Below, one piece after another: positions 1-12,500 of a DNA stretch of 55,323 nt. The position numbers and the translations under genes are program-made. The number at the start of each line of letters is the position of its first letter. Position 1 is the stretch's first letter. The stretch spans positions 1-55,323 of the forward strand of contig JAUCBJ010008990.1 of assembly GCA_032718475.1 (NCBI GenBank), in the 5' to 3' direction. A model generated the notes under the pieces. It was not told the origin of the DNA, made no database searches, and was given only the letters and a program-made list of their open reading frames with translations. Source of the stretch: Nemertoderma westbladi (taxonomy: Eukaryota; Animalia; Xenacoelomorpha).

Positions 1-204
1 ACTACTACTGGGTCAATCGGCTCGGTTGATACACTACACGATGGGGGTGCTACCATCTGGGATGGCTTCCGTTCCCGAGGATCTATATAGATCTTGAACC
101 CAGGATCATTCAGCTCGTCTTCCTCCTGTAACCCACCCAGGGGAGGCTGCGAATCCAGCGGTCTCGGGTGGTTTAAATCAGTCGACTCTGGGGGCATCCT
201 GTCT

Positions 205-910
205 CTATTCTATTATATGGAGGCAGGTCCGGCAGTGCCACTCTAACAGCTCTCTTTCGTCTGCCCCGAGAGTAGCTACCACCGTCACTAGCGTCGGTGG
301 AGTTTCCTTCATCCGACAAAGCATAAGTCCCTTTATTCGGTCTATCTCGTCCTCAGTTTGAACCCAACTTTTCCTTGTGCTGATTTTCACTTAATCTTTT
401 TAGTGCTATTTGATTTTGTAGAGCTATATCAGTCTAAGCGCTCGTTACTTTGCTGCTCACGCTTTAACTGTAACTCATTACGTCGTTGGTTTGCGTTTAA
501 CTGTAATTCCATTTCCAATATTTCCTTATCAGCTGCATGCTCTTCCACCTGTGCTTGCATGTCACACTCGGATGCAGAACTGCCATGGATTCTGGGCTAG
601 AGGGGGCTAAACCCTTTAACCTCCTACGTAGTTCAGCCTCTCCTACTATAGCTATGTAATTCTGTAGGTGTCGTGATATGGCATCCATTCTTTCACCTTT
701 GTCAGAATCTTCCGAGTCTGTGCACAAGTCTCGCGGTGCTACTGCACCAGAACAAGCCACATCTACACCCGGGGGAATGGTCGGCCCATGTAGCCTTTCA
801 AGGGTGAGTGCCTTCCCGGCTGTCACAGCTACTTCTGCTAACTGTCTGCCAACTATGGCAGCTAATTCGGCGTCATGATGTCTACTAGACACTTCCCAGA
901 AGGCGGACAA
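205..910 (-). pseudogene. Degraded ORF fragments, possibly a gag-like coiled-coil retroelement remnant
   Basis: Broken minus-strand ORFs (497..910, 205..390) with charged, helical-looking composition; no diagnostic motif recognised. Confidence 0.2.
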
Positions 911-1893
911 GACTAGTCGGATTCTGCAGACTGGTTCCTTAACTTAAAAGTATGCAGCTGGGTTAGTTCTAGGGTCAGGCTGCACGATTTGCAACTCATG
1001 TGTAAGGGTTCCTATGCGCTGATTAAATTCGGTCACGTGATCATAGACCAACGCGGATAGTTCTCCCGTGCTGCATGGGACTTGACAGTGATGGTGAACT
1101 TACTCCAACTTGTACAGGGCTAGTTGTAAGTGGTTCTATGTTGGGGTTATTCACAATCCCTCCAGTAAACTGCCTAGTTCTTATACGGGACCTGTTCCAA
1201 GATTTCTTACTAGGGATGGGTGGCGCAACTGGGTTAATCGTAGGGGGAATTTCAGTAATAGGGATAGTTATAGCTGGTGGACGTCGAGCAAATGGCCGAT
1301 CGTGACATGATGTTAAGTCAATCTAATATTTATACAAACTAGGTATAGTAGCTACAAATAGATTTTAACTAAGTATTATTTCTGTAAAGCAAAGAATTAA
1401 TCGTTAGTGGTATTTTCTATTTGCGCCACCTAGAGAATAAATAAGTTGACTGTTGTTGGGGATACAATGTTTTTTGCTCCCGCTGGGTGACTTTATTTTC
1501 AACAAACTAGAAGCGCCCTATAAAGGAAACGGGAGTAACAAGTATCGCAGAAGCTTTTATGCAATTCTAGTTTCTCCACTAGTAGTCGCTGTCTACAGTG
1601 ATTCCAGTAAATGCTGCCCGTTGCTGTCTATTTAGTGATGATATTCAAGAATGTCAGGTATAAATTATCGTTCAATGAAAGGTGGTGAGATCTGGATTCC
1701 ACGAATTGGATAAGTAATACAAGCCAATGAATGTAAGGGATGTCCAACCACTGTTGTATACTAATGGTGGCGGGGGTGTATTGCGTCTCAATACCCAAGG
1801 GGAGTTAGCAGCACCAATGATGGGAATGGAAAGTTATATGTCGCGATTAGGTAGGTTGAACATAGGAGTTTTATTCTGAGTTGAAGCCGTTCG

Positions 1894-3430
1894 GTGCCAA
1901 GCTGTCTGGAGTGGTATATCGTCGTGGGGAGAGATGTAAATCGCCTTAGGGTTGATTCAGCTGCAGCCGGCAGACTTCCAGACGTTCTAGCTCGGTTCGA
2001 GAAACTCCAGGTTCTCGGCCCCGAAGCAGGTTACTTCCCTGAAGCTACCAAGTGCTTCTTGGTTGTGGCCCCGGGATTAGTTGAGGAGGCGAAGAGGGTG
2101 TTCTCTGGGCGCAATATTAATATAGTAACCGGCCACCGTTTTCTGGGGGGTTATCTGGGAGAGAGGCTGTTCAGACCTCATTTGTAAGGGCCAAGGTCGC
2201 CGGATGGGTAGCCGCGGTGGATAAACTCGCCAAGATGGCAGAGACACAACCGCAAGCGGCGTTTTCAGCCATGGTTTATTCCCTGCAGCGTGAGTGGTTG
2301 TACCCATGCAGCGGGTAACACCAAACTGCAGCGACGAGTTTCAGGTGCTGGAGGACACCATCACCCAGCGCTTCCTTCCAGCCATCTTCGGGGCTGAGGT
2401 GTCAGCCAGCGAACGGAGTCTGTTCTCCCTGTCCCCACGATCAGGAGGCCTGGGCCTACGAGATCCTGTAGTCGAAGCCACACAAACACACACAGTGTCG
2501 CTTTCAGGAACGAGCCATGTTGGCCGAGCCATCCGAGGCGAGAAGGATTTCGTTCTTAGACTCCACACTAGCTGCCTCCAGGAAGCGCAGAATGTTGGGT
2601 TTGAGCAGCAGTGGTTCCGAGAGTCGGCCCAGTTCGAGGAGGCACTCAATGCAATGCTTATAAAACGACGGGAGACAATCCGCAGAGCCGCCGAGTTCAA
2701 GTGTGGCGGCTGGGTGTCGGCTCTCCCACTATCGGAACATCAGCTCGATCTCTCTCCTCGCGAGTTCCGTGATGCTCTCTCCATCCGGTATGGCCGCCCA
2801 CTGGTCGCTGTGCCCAGTCGGTGCGATTGCTGTGTGGCCGCCTTTGACCTTAACCATATCTCAACTGTAAAAAAGGCGGCCTCATTATCCAAAGACACAA
2901 TGAGCTGAGAGACGTCGTTGGGGACCTCGCGGCGTTGGCATTAGGGCCACGAAACGTGATTAACGAGCCCATAGTAAGGGAGCAGCAGGGGGTCGATGGT
3001 TATGCTGGACGCCGCTGCGACTTGGGGGTTCGGGGGGCCTTCAACAGGCAGACCCAGGTATTGTTTGATATGAAGGTAATAAACCTTGACGCCGGGTCCT
3101 ATGCCAACCGCCCCCGAAATCCATCCTCGAGTCAGCGGAGGACGACAAGAAACGCCTGTATGCCGAGGCCGTTGCAGAGCGACGGGCAGACTTCTCCCCT
3201 TTCATCGCATCATGTGATGTAGTGCTTGCCCCACAGGCCAACAACCTGCTCCGAGTGATCGCGGCGAAACTCAGTCATTCGTGGGGACGTTCATACAGCG
3301 TGGTTATGGGTTGGGTGAGGACTCAAGTGCAGTTTGCACTATTGTGTGGTGCTTCTCATTGCGTTCGTGGGTCGAGGGCCAAATTGAGGAGCGGTCTCGG
3401 TCTGTGTCTCGGTCGGTGCTGGGCTACCAT
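1894..3430 (+). mobile_element. 5'-truncated, frameshifted RLE-type (CRE-like) non-LTR retrotransposon: RT C-terminus, Zn motif and restriction-like endonuclease
   Basis: Motifs GYFPEATKC, FLGGYLG, RSGGLGL, GWVSALP, LSPREFRDALSIRYG, C-x-C...H..CKKGG..RH, EP, RCDLGVRG..FDMKV spread over ORFs 1894..2187, 2294..2908, 2935..3222 and 3222..3530. Boundaries approximate. Confidence 0.85.
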
Positions 3431-5789
3431 AGCAGGCAGGCATTTGGTAGTAAACAGTCCAGGCCCAGGGAAACTTCACAGACAGATGCAGAACAGTTTC
3501 CTGATTCAAACGACATGGCCCTGCAGTTAAACAGTTATTTGTTTATGTTTTGGCTGGTAGCCAAGCAACCTAATCAGCTGATAGGACAGTGTGGTGGTGG
3601 GAAGTATTCATTGTAATATGTAATGTTAAATGTTAGATATCCTCCTACAGTTTGATTATTTCAACTATTAATAATTTTCGACGGAATTGCTACTAATAAA
3701 ATATTCTCGATTAAAATGATATGGCCACTTAAAAATTAATAATATATAAAACCGGCTGGATAATTGTTATAGATTCAAAGGTGCTGAGTCCAAACACGTT
3801 GGTTTCAAAAAATTTGGATAAATATTAATGGACTAAGTAGTGTTTGTAGTGAAATATTTAATTCCGACACTCGCCGCTAGAGGGATACAAAAAATTTCCG
3901 CTCAAAAAATTTCTTAATTTCAATTTATTTAACATAATATGCAACATGATTTTTTATTTGTTAATATAATTGTCGGCTCGACTGACATACCCGATGAAAT
4001 GAAATAAAATCCTGCCCCTAACTCAATGGCCAGACTGGCCACATAGCCTTTAGTCACTTTATGGATTTACACTATATGGACCTGATGTATATCAGATTTC
4101 AGAAAAAGGCCACATCTCTGCAACATCCCCCCCCCCCCCTTGTGACTGCGAATCACTAGCTAGCTTTCCAGCTGTTCAAGCTACATGCCGTCTACAGTAG
4201 TCCTCAGGATAGCATAATTAGGAGCCCGCTCGACAGGCGGGATACTTACTGTAAAAATCTGCGGGATACTTACTGTAATAATCTCAGGATATATAACACT
4301 GACTGCTGCCTGGCGATTTTGTTGAAATTTTACAAGTAAATTGCTTTGGTGGTTCATAATCGCGTTACAAAATATCAGATCGATTCTATATGTGGTATTC
4401 GATATATTTCGTTTTTTTTAATTATTTGTCGCGAAATTAAAAGCATTGGTAAAGTAACAACGCCCTGAGCTGTTGCAGCAGCTAGCTGTGTAGGAATGGT
4501 TGCGTGCAGGGCTGCCTGAGGATAGAATTCCATCAAGGCAGAATTTCTTGACTACACCCCTCCTGCTGCTGGCTGCTGGCTGAGTCTACACATCCTTTAT
4601 CAGCTCTCAGGGATAGACAGAAAATAGCTGAGTTGTCAATAAACAAAATAAAATATACCACTGCAGTAGGATTATATAAAATTATTCCACAAATCATTGG
4701 GCTGATTATTTTGTATAGGATATATGTAGAATGTTCTTAAAAATAATATTCTTATTTTTTTATTACATAGGATTAGCATCATTTTTTAGCTGAAGCATTA
4801 ATAGGGTAAATTAATTTAATTATATTTAAATTCCATTGTATCCATTGTTGAATACTGTAATATAAGTGTTAACATTTCTTACAAATAGTGGTGCGAGCTT
4901 AAAACTCAAATCACGCAAATTTAAAAGAACAGGGTGTGTTGTCATAGCAAAGTTTCATTTTTTGTTATGTGGGACGAGCCGCAAAGTCAGCTAGCCACAC
5001 CCCACGCTTTACAGTTTTAGACAATTGTTTAGTTTCCTTACTGCTGACTGACAAGGTTTATTTGTAATAGTCTTGGCTAGGATTCTTCCCCAGGGCTCCT
5101 TCCAGCCAGCTTGCTGGCTTTCTAGTATTGCAAACGAGATAACTTGGTTATTTATTATTATTCTTCAATGGTTCTTTTTCGTTGTTTTCAACTTTGTCCC
5201 ATATTATCTCAATTAACCATAAAATAATTTGAAGTGCAATGTTAATTGTTGTATATGAGGAACAATAAAATTATTATCAGTTATTATCAGTTATCTCTAT
5301 ATATCATGGCCTTATGGTGTCGTTGTATATATATACCTATATATATGACACTCGGAAAAATCGTATTATACCCAAATTCGATTTTTGCCGTTTGCCGAGT
5401 TTTTCCGTTAATTTTTAACGAGTTGTATCGTGATCTGCGACATTGAAAACCAGCATAGCTTCAGAATTACCAAAAAATGGCAGTTTATTATTTTGTGCAT
5501 TCCAGGGCACCAGAATGGCACCACATTTGGGTTTGCATTACCAGAAATATTTATAACTAGTTTCCACATGATCAGCGAATTCGAAAACCCATATACCATC
5601 AAAATTGTAATTTTTGAGGCAAGATCTAAAAACTTTCTAAAATGAGCACCCCCCCCCCCCCCCCCCCCCCCAGGCCAAGTACGTCACAGGCCAATAAAAA
5701 CCCGGGCCGGATAGGGTTAACTTTTCATAAGTTTGTTGCGCATATAAACAACCTGCATAAAATAAAATAAAAAAAAATAAAATAAAACA

Positions 5790-6945
5790 ACAGCGTCTTG
5801 GAAAAACAAGGCATCAAAGATTAAGGAGGTTAGTGACACACTTATGGTGCGTGCATTAGACCATGCCTCTCATAAAGGCAATTCCTCTTGGCTAACAGCT
5901 GTTCCTCTTGATGCTGAAGGATTTGTACTAAATAGTAAATAAGTCGGACTTTCGAGATGCACTTGCAATGCGCTACAACTTGCCGATCACTGGCCTCCCA
6001 ACTACATGTGTTTGCTCAGCATCCTTTACCCCTGACCATGCCCTTATTTGCAAGAAAGGCGGTTTTATCGCATTGAGACACAATGAAACGCACGATATAA
6101 TTGCCAATCTGCTTAAGGAAGTCTGTGTGGATGTTGGTGTAGAACCTAGTCTGCTACCACTGACTGGCGAGGTATTAACACCTTCCTCTGGAGTTTCTGG
6201 AAATGAAGCTCGTCTTGATGTGTCAGCAACAGGTTTTTGGAGCCGCCACTCCAAGTCATTCTTTGATGTACGGGTATTCTATCCCAATGCTGCAACCTAT
6301 CTCCCGTCCACCATAGACAATTTATTAAAGAACCAAGAGGCTGAGAAGCGACGGAAATATAATGATAGGGTACTGAATGTAGAACGTGCATCATCTACTC
6401 CTCTCGTTTTTGCCTCTAGCGGTGCTGCAGGACCTGAGTGTGGCCGATTTTTAATGCATCTTGCTGGTCGTCTGGCGGAGAAGCGTGATTCCACATATTC
6501 ATCGGTTGCACATTGGTTGCGATGTCGACTTTCCTTCAGCTTACTCCGTACAACTGGGTTTTGCCTTCGAGGTCACGTAGTCCTCTTTCCTATGCCACCG
6601 TGCCAGCAGAGGATCCGCGGCTTACTTCCAACCTATGCCCCTCTTTTTCCTAAATGATTTTAAGGTAAATTAATGTTAAGTCTGTTATTGAAGGTATTTC
6701 TGTCTGTCTGTCAAACTATTAATGTTGAATTTGTGTTTATTTAAATTTGTGCTGAATTAGTATCGATGTTCATATCATAATTAATTATTTTTTATTCTAA
6801 TTTTACTACTATATGTCATACTCAGACTATGGTTATATCACTAACTACATTAATAATTGACAATATATTGACATTTGTATATAGTAAAAAAATAAAAATA
6901 AATAAAATAATATAAAATATAAAAAAAATAAAAATAATAATAATA
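5790..6945 (+). mobile_element. 5'-truncated RLE-type (CRE-like) non-LTR retrotransposon 3' end with an A/T-rich tail
   Basis: ORF 5968..6657: CVC..FTPDHALICKKGGFIALRHNETHD, VEP, ARLDVSATGFW..FFDVRVF, EAEKRRKY, PLVFASSG. Upstream SSWLTAVP. (AAAAT/AAT)n tracts on both sides. Confidence 0.85.
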
Positions 6946-7320
6946 ATATTTTACTGTACATATAAAATATAAACTGTAAATAAACACAGTTATGATACTT
7001 AATTAACTCGTGCTTTCATGTACCTCACTCTTTTATGCATTGGAAATAAGTCGTCAGACTTTGTGCGTAATCCCAGGACTAACGTCCAAAGAGTATTTAC
7101 TTTTTTTTTGCTCTCGAAAGAGTCAAATCAAGTCAAGGGTTCCAAATGCGAGTCGCAGGTTCGGAAAAACTTCTTAAAATGACAACCAATAAATAATAAT
7201 TGAAGGAAGCACGTTACAGAGACATATTTTCCTAACCTAAACAATAAACGATGTTGTTACAGCAATTGACATAGTATTTTTTCACGTGGATGTATAGATG
7301 ATTGTATTTAAATTATCATT

Positions 7321-7461
7321 AATTTAGCTGTTCGGTCCATTTCAGTCCATTTCGCCAAGTTTTAAATCCAGTTCTGTATTGTAGATCGTGCATTTTACAG
7401 TTTGGTGGAAAAATAATTGGAATGTACATTGCAGTTAGAATATATTAAAACTCTTGTGGTT
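7321..7461 (+). repeat. Left copy of the ~141-bp direct repeat (long TSD) flanking the RTE element
   Basis: AATTTAGCTGTTCGG...AAAACTCTTGTGGTT recurs at 10556-10703. Confidence 0.9.
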
Positions 7462-10400
7462 AAGACGCTTGTAGGAGTTGCGACCACAAGCGGTTTACCC
7501 CCGCAACTGAAAAATATGAGTATGAGAACCCTCCAGGAGAAATACCGGCTCGGTCGTCGCCCGGGTCAACAAGGACCGCGTCCCCAGTGGTACACCAGGC
7601 TGGGGTCGATAAATTGGCTACTGGAACAGAAGACCGATAAGAAAGAAGAACCAACCTGTTGAAATGTAAAAAGACACTAAAGATTGCTACAATGGACGCA
7701 CACACGCTGAAGGCACATAACAAACAGGGTGACATGGTCACTCTAGCAATGGAATATAACATCGACATCATCTGCATCCAAGAACATCGGATTTGTCATG
7801 AAGACACTGCCAGGAAGTACAGTGACATTGGAAATGGATGGACATTAGCAACAAGCTCAGCAGTAAGAACTCGGCCAATGCATCAATTGGAGGAGTAGGA
7901 ATTATGCTAAGTCCATTTGCACTTAAGACCCTAAACAACATCAAATCTATAAATTCCAGGGTTATGATAGCAACATTTGAGGGGAATCCCAAGACAACAG
8001 TAATGTGTTGCTACAGTCCAACCAATGCCTCAGAACCAGAACAAGCAGTCAAGTTTTATGAAGAACTGACTGGACTTATAAAGGACATTCCGAAACACAA
8101 TGTTAAAGTCATTGCTGGTACGTGAATGCCCGAATTGGCCCAGAAGACATCAAGGGTTACACCTATAACACCAGTTCTAACAGAAATGGGTACTTACTTT
8201 TAGACCTAATGGAAGAATGTGAATTGATACCAACAAACAACAGATTCGAAAAGAGTAAGGGGACGCTATGGACCTTTCAATACCCTAATGGAACCAAAGC
8301 ACAAATGGATTACATCCTCATAAACAAAAAGTGGAGAAACAGCATGATCAACTGCGAGGCATACAGCTCGTTCAACCTAATTGGTTCGGACCACAGAATT
8401 GTGACTGCAGAGATCAGACTCAGTTTGAGAGCCAGCAAACCCAGGACAAGCAAGCAAATCAAATATGACTGGGAAAAACTCAGAACTGACAATGCTGTAA
8501 AGGATGCTTATACAGTAGAAGTTCAAAACCGCTTTGAAGCACTTCAGTCAATGGATAAAGACCAATCCACCAATTCAATATACTAACAGCCCAGAGGGAA
8601 TCAGCTAAGAGGCATATCCCTCAGAAACCCAAACGAAAACAATATGTGCCATGGCAAAACTCTGAGGTTACTTGTAAGAGAGAAGATCTTAAGATAGCCT
8701 ACAAAGTTAAAACCGAACAACCAACAACCGAAAACATTAACAAGGTTGAGAAAGCTAAGGACGATCTTAAATTGGCCTACAACATCAGCCAGGAAAAGTA
8801 CATACAGGATAAAACTGAAGCAATTACAACTGCTCACATACAGCAACAATCAAGACTTACCTGGCAAACTGTAAATGAGGTATCTGGTCGGAAAAGTTGT
8901 GCAAAGGGGCGCCTCAAAGCCGATAGTCCTGAAGAACGTGTTGGGAAGTGGAAAAATCACTTCAGCAACTTGCTTGGGCCGCCACCAAACATCAAGGTCA
9001 GCCCTACAAGGAAAATATATGACAAGACACTACCTATAGAAACAGGGGACTTCACACCTGCCGAACTCCAAAGAAGCTTAAAAGCATGTCCAATAATAAA
9101 GCGAGTGGATTAGATGAAATCCCAGCGGAGGTATGGAAAACCGGAGTGCTAAACAGACCATTATTGGATGTTTGCAACCGGATGTTAAAAGGGGAAAAGC
9201 CACCACCAATTTGGACTAAAGGTCAACTAAAGCCTCTCCCCAAGTAAGGAGACCTCGGCATAACAACAAACTATCGTGGGATCTGTCTGCTTGTGGTAGC
9301 TGCCAACATATACAATAAAATGATTCTATATAGGATTAGGCCTCACATAGAGAAACTACTGCGTAAGAGCCAAAACGGATTTCGACCAAGTAGATCAACA
9401 ATAGCTCAGATACTTGCACTATGGAGACTGATTGAAAGAATTAAGTCAAAGAATCTCCCCGCTGTCATGACTTTTGTGGACTTTAAGAAGGCATTCGACT
9501 CCATCCATAGAGGTAAAATGCTTGAAATCCTAAGAGCTTATGGAATACCAGAAGTAATTGTTGCTGGCATTGGATTGTTATATTGTGACACAGAAGCGCA
9601 GGTACTCTCACCAGATGGTGAAACTGAGTTTTTCTCAATCCTGGCTGGCGTACTGCAAGGTGACACATTAGCACCATTACTATTTGTAATTGTGCTGGAT
9701 TACGCAATGAGGACGGCCACAAAGGGTGAAGACCTGGGATTCACACTTCAAGAACGCAGAAGTAGTAGATATCCGGCAACTACAGTCACAGACACCGACT
9801 TTGCGGATGACATCGCCCTGCTCTCTAATACCCTAGCAGATGCACAGCTTCTACTAAATAAAGTGGAGAGGGCTTCTAAGGAGGTTGGATTGCATATAAA
9901 TGCTACAAAGACCGAATTCATGACCTTTAATGTTGATGGAAACTTGACAACCATTGATAATAATCAACTAAGAAAGGTCAATGACTTCCAGTACCTTGGA
10001 TCATGGATAGAGAGTAGCAAAAAGGACATAAAAGTTAGGAAAGCAAAGGCTTGGGTAGCTCTATCAAAAATGGATACCATCTGGAAATCAGATCTCTCCA
10101 GGCACCTGAAGACTAAGTTCTTTCGAGCCACAGTGGAAAGTGTATTTTTATATGGGGGTGAGACCTGGACACTGACTAAATCGCTTGAACAACAAATTGA
10201 TGGTTGCTACACAAGACTACTAAGGGCAGCCCTAAACATCAGCTGGAGACAACACATGACAAACGCCGAGCTTTATGGTACAATACCACCTGTATCAACC
10301 ACCCTCCGTGAACGCAGATTAAGATTCAGTGGGCACTGCTAGCGAAGTAAAGACGAGGTCATATCAGATCTACTTTTCTGGCAACCAACTCATGGAAAGC

Positions 10401-10555
10401 GTAGTCGTGGACGACCGGCCATAACATATATAGATCAACTTGAAAGGGATACTGAACGAAATGAAACGAAATTGCGACAACTATGGAGAATCGGGAAGCC
10501 TGGAAGGATCTCATTTCCACTGTCCGAGTTCGCTCGACCTAGTAGTAGTAGTAGT
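7462..10555 (+). mobile_element. Near full-length RTE-clade LINE (APE endonuclease + RT), disrupted, with a (TAG)n tail
   Basis: APE motifs ICIQEHR, GGVGIML, CYSPT, NARIG, QMDYILI, SDHRIV; RT motifs QNGFRPSRST, FVDFKKAFDSI, GVLQGDTLAP, FADDIALL, FQYLGS, RLRFSGHC; ends CTAGTAGTAGTAGTAGT. Confidence 0.92.
9293..10342 (+). CDS. Reverse transcriptase domain of the RTE LINE (fragment of a disrupted ORF)
   Basis: QGD and FADD motifs in the 349-aa ORF; in-frame stops on both sides. Confidence 0.85.
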   Translation: MVAANIYNKMILYRIRPHIEKLLRKSQNGFRPSRSTIAQILALWRLIERIKSKNLPAVMTFVDFKKAFDSIHRGKMLEILRAYGIPEVIVAGIGLLYCDTEAQVLSPDGETEFFSILAGVLQGDTLAPLLFVIVLDYAMRTATKGEDLGFTLQERRSSRYPATTVTDTDFADDIALLSNTLADAQLLLNKVERASKEVGLHINATKTEFMTFNVDGNLTTIDNNQLRKVNDFQYLGSWIESSKKDIKVRKAKAWVALSKMDTIWKSDLSRHLKTKFFRATVESVFLYGGETWTLTKSLEQQIDGCYTRLLRAALNISWRQHMTNAELYGTIPPVSTTLRERRLRFSGHC

Positions 10556-10703
10556 AATTTAGCTGTTCGGTCCATTTCAGTCCATTTCGCCAAGTTTTAA
10601 ACCCAGTTCTGTATTAATTGTAGATCGTGCCTTTTACAGTTTGGTGGAAAATAATTGGAATGTACATGCATTGCAGTTAGAATATATTAAAACTCTTGTG
10701 GTT
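10556..10703 (+). repeat. Right copy of the long direct repeat (TSD) flanking the RTE element
   Basis: Matches 7321-7461 apart from a few substitutions and small indels; starts right after the (TAG)n tail. Confidence 0.9.
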
Positions 10704-10959
10704 TATAACCAAACAAACAAATTACCGGTATTATTGTGATAAAATGTGAGTACTAGTTGTTTCACACTTGTACAATATAATATTAAAATGACTTGGTGCA
10801 GTTCCGATATACAATGTGTACCATAATTCGTGGATTCTTTGGTCATTATCTCTTTATGTAAAAAAGATTCTCATTCTGTAAAAAAACGAAAATTAGAGGA
10901 AGTAAATATTATGCATCACTGAATTATATATTGAAAAGGAATCTGAAAAAGTAAGCATT

Positions 10960-12500
10960 AACCTGCATCACCCCTATGTGTACAACTCCCTATGCTTACC
11001 TTGATGATCACCCTCTATTGGTTGGGTTATCAGGTTGTCGACTTACAGGGATGGATAGTTTGGAGGGACTCATCACATTGGTAGTCGTTGTCGCATTGTT
11101 GCTACACCATTGGCATAGACTCTGTCTGGTGACAGCAGAGCACCAACACTGAGCATCTCCAACAATTCAGAGGAAGTTGGGAGTAGTGAGAGATGAGGCA
11201 GCGACGCCCACTGGCCTTCTTATTATAACTCTATATATCGATAAACTCTCACATATATAAGATAATGGACTTGATAGATGGGGATCTTGATATTAAGGAG
11301 AGATATACTCAACCTCTACAACCTCGATAGTCTATTAAGTGGTGATATTAGTAAACAGACTGCAGCAGATGATGAACTATACGTCGAGCCACCAATGACC
11401 AAAGAACGACTGCATCGCGAATTAGATTATCTAAAATTCACCTCGTACCTTTGAAGAGTGGAATCAGCTAGAGGAGAAGCATATCGTGATTGGCCCAGTT
11501 TATAGTTTCATGAGTGTTCCCCTCCATCCTTCCTTGGTCATCTATACCATATTTGAGAACACCGCATTTTCCGGATGGTTAGCCGATGTGTGCAACCGAG
11601 ATACATTCTCATCCCCTCATCTTGGGAACTATACTTCCCAAATACGAGCGTAATAAGAACATAATAAGTTCATTCGATTTGAATGTTTTAGGCGCTTTCT
11701 GACTCCATTTTGGAACATTGATATTCCTCTTAAAGATGGCGCGTTGATCAAACTCAGCCTCCGGGAAACTGCCACTGAGAAACTGGATAGCGCTGGGTTT
11801 GCTATCTTTAAATATGTTTGCACCCTGAAAACGCATTCCTCCATCCTGCAGAGATCAAGATACCCTCGGGACACTCAGTAATGGAGATTCAAATCGAAAA
11901 CCTGGAGAAAACGGAGAAAAGATATCGATTCGGGATACGTATATTCCCTATCTGATTTTTTAGAAGAAAAGCGACATCAATGTGACGCTAAGAATCAAAT
12001 GGGGGAGAGGCATACAGAGATACTACTCCACAAGAATCGGAAGAGATTTGCTCTTATTTTAAAGATCAACCGAGTATGGAGATTTATTGTGCTTATTACA
12101 GTATCAATAATAAGCATATCTTTGCGGTTTGTCCCCAATTCATGACACAATGCCATTATTGCCAGCTAAAAGGACACACTAGTTGGGAATGCCATTTCGG
12201 TTGAGACATCGGAAGTTTGGATGAGTATATCGTACTTCGATATATACGAGCGTGCGAAGCCAGCGCAGATCACCACTGCGAGTCGCGCCATCAGTATTAT
12301 CCAGGACATGCATACAAGGGAGTATATGCATTCCACCCCTACCTCTTCCCCCAGGTCGAACAGATAACTCGTATTCCCAGCTATGAATTAATTAAACGAG
12401 TCAGTGAATGTATTTCCACCAAATACGTCCAGAAATATTTGTGAAATATTAATCCGAACCATACTGAATCTTACCACTTAATCAGTTTTATTGGTAGAGA
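10960..12500 (+). pseudogene. Degraded homolog of the BEL accessory exonuclease/zinc-knuckle ORF
   Basis: FRRFLTPFWNID (11687-11722) vs FRRFLEPFYNSD; HIFAVCPQFMTQCHYCQLKGHTSWEC (knuckle 12151-12192) vs HTFYTCWRFMAQCTYCNIKGH*ASEC; YPGHAYKGVYAFHP..ITRIPSY vs FPMRAHLGFWAVNP..ISAMPQY. Boundaries approximate. Confidence 0.7.

Noticed and set aside
1-30. RTE-like 3' end (reverse complement ...GACCCAGTAGTAGT)
   Set aside because: Too short, at the window edge, with no adjoining RT sequence.
5640-5720. piggyBac-like MITE end (...GATAGGGTTAA)
   Set aside because: No matching opposite terminus found, so no element could be delimited.
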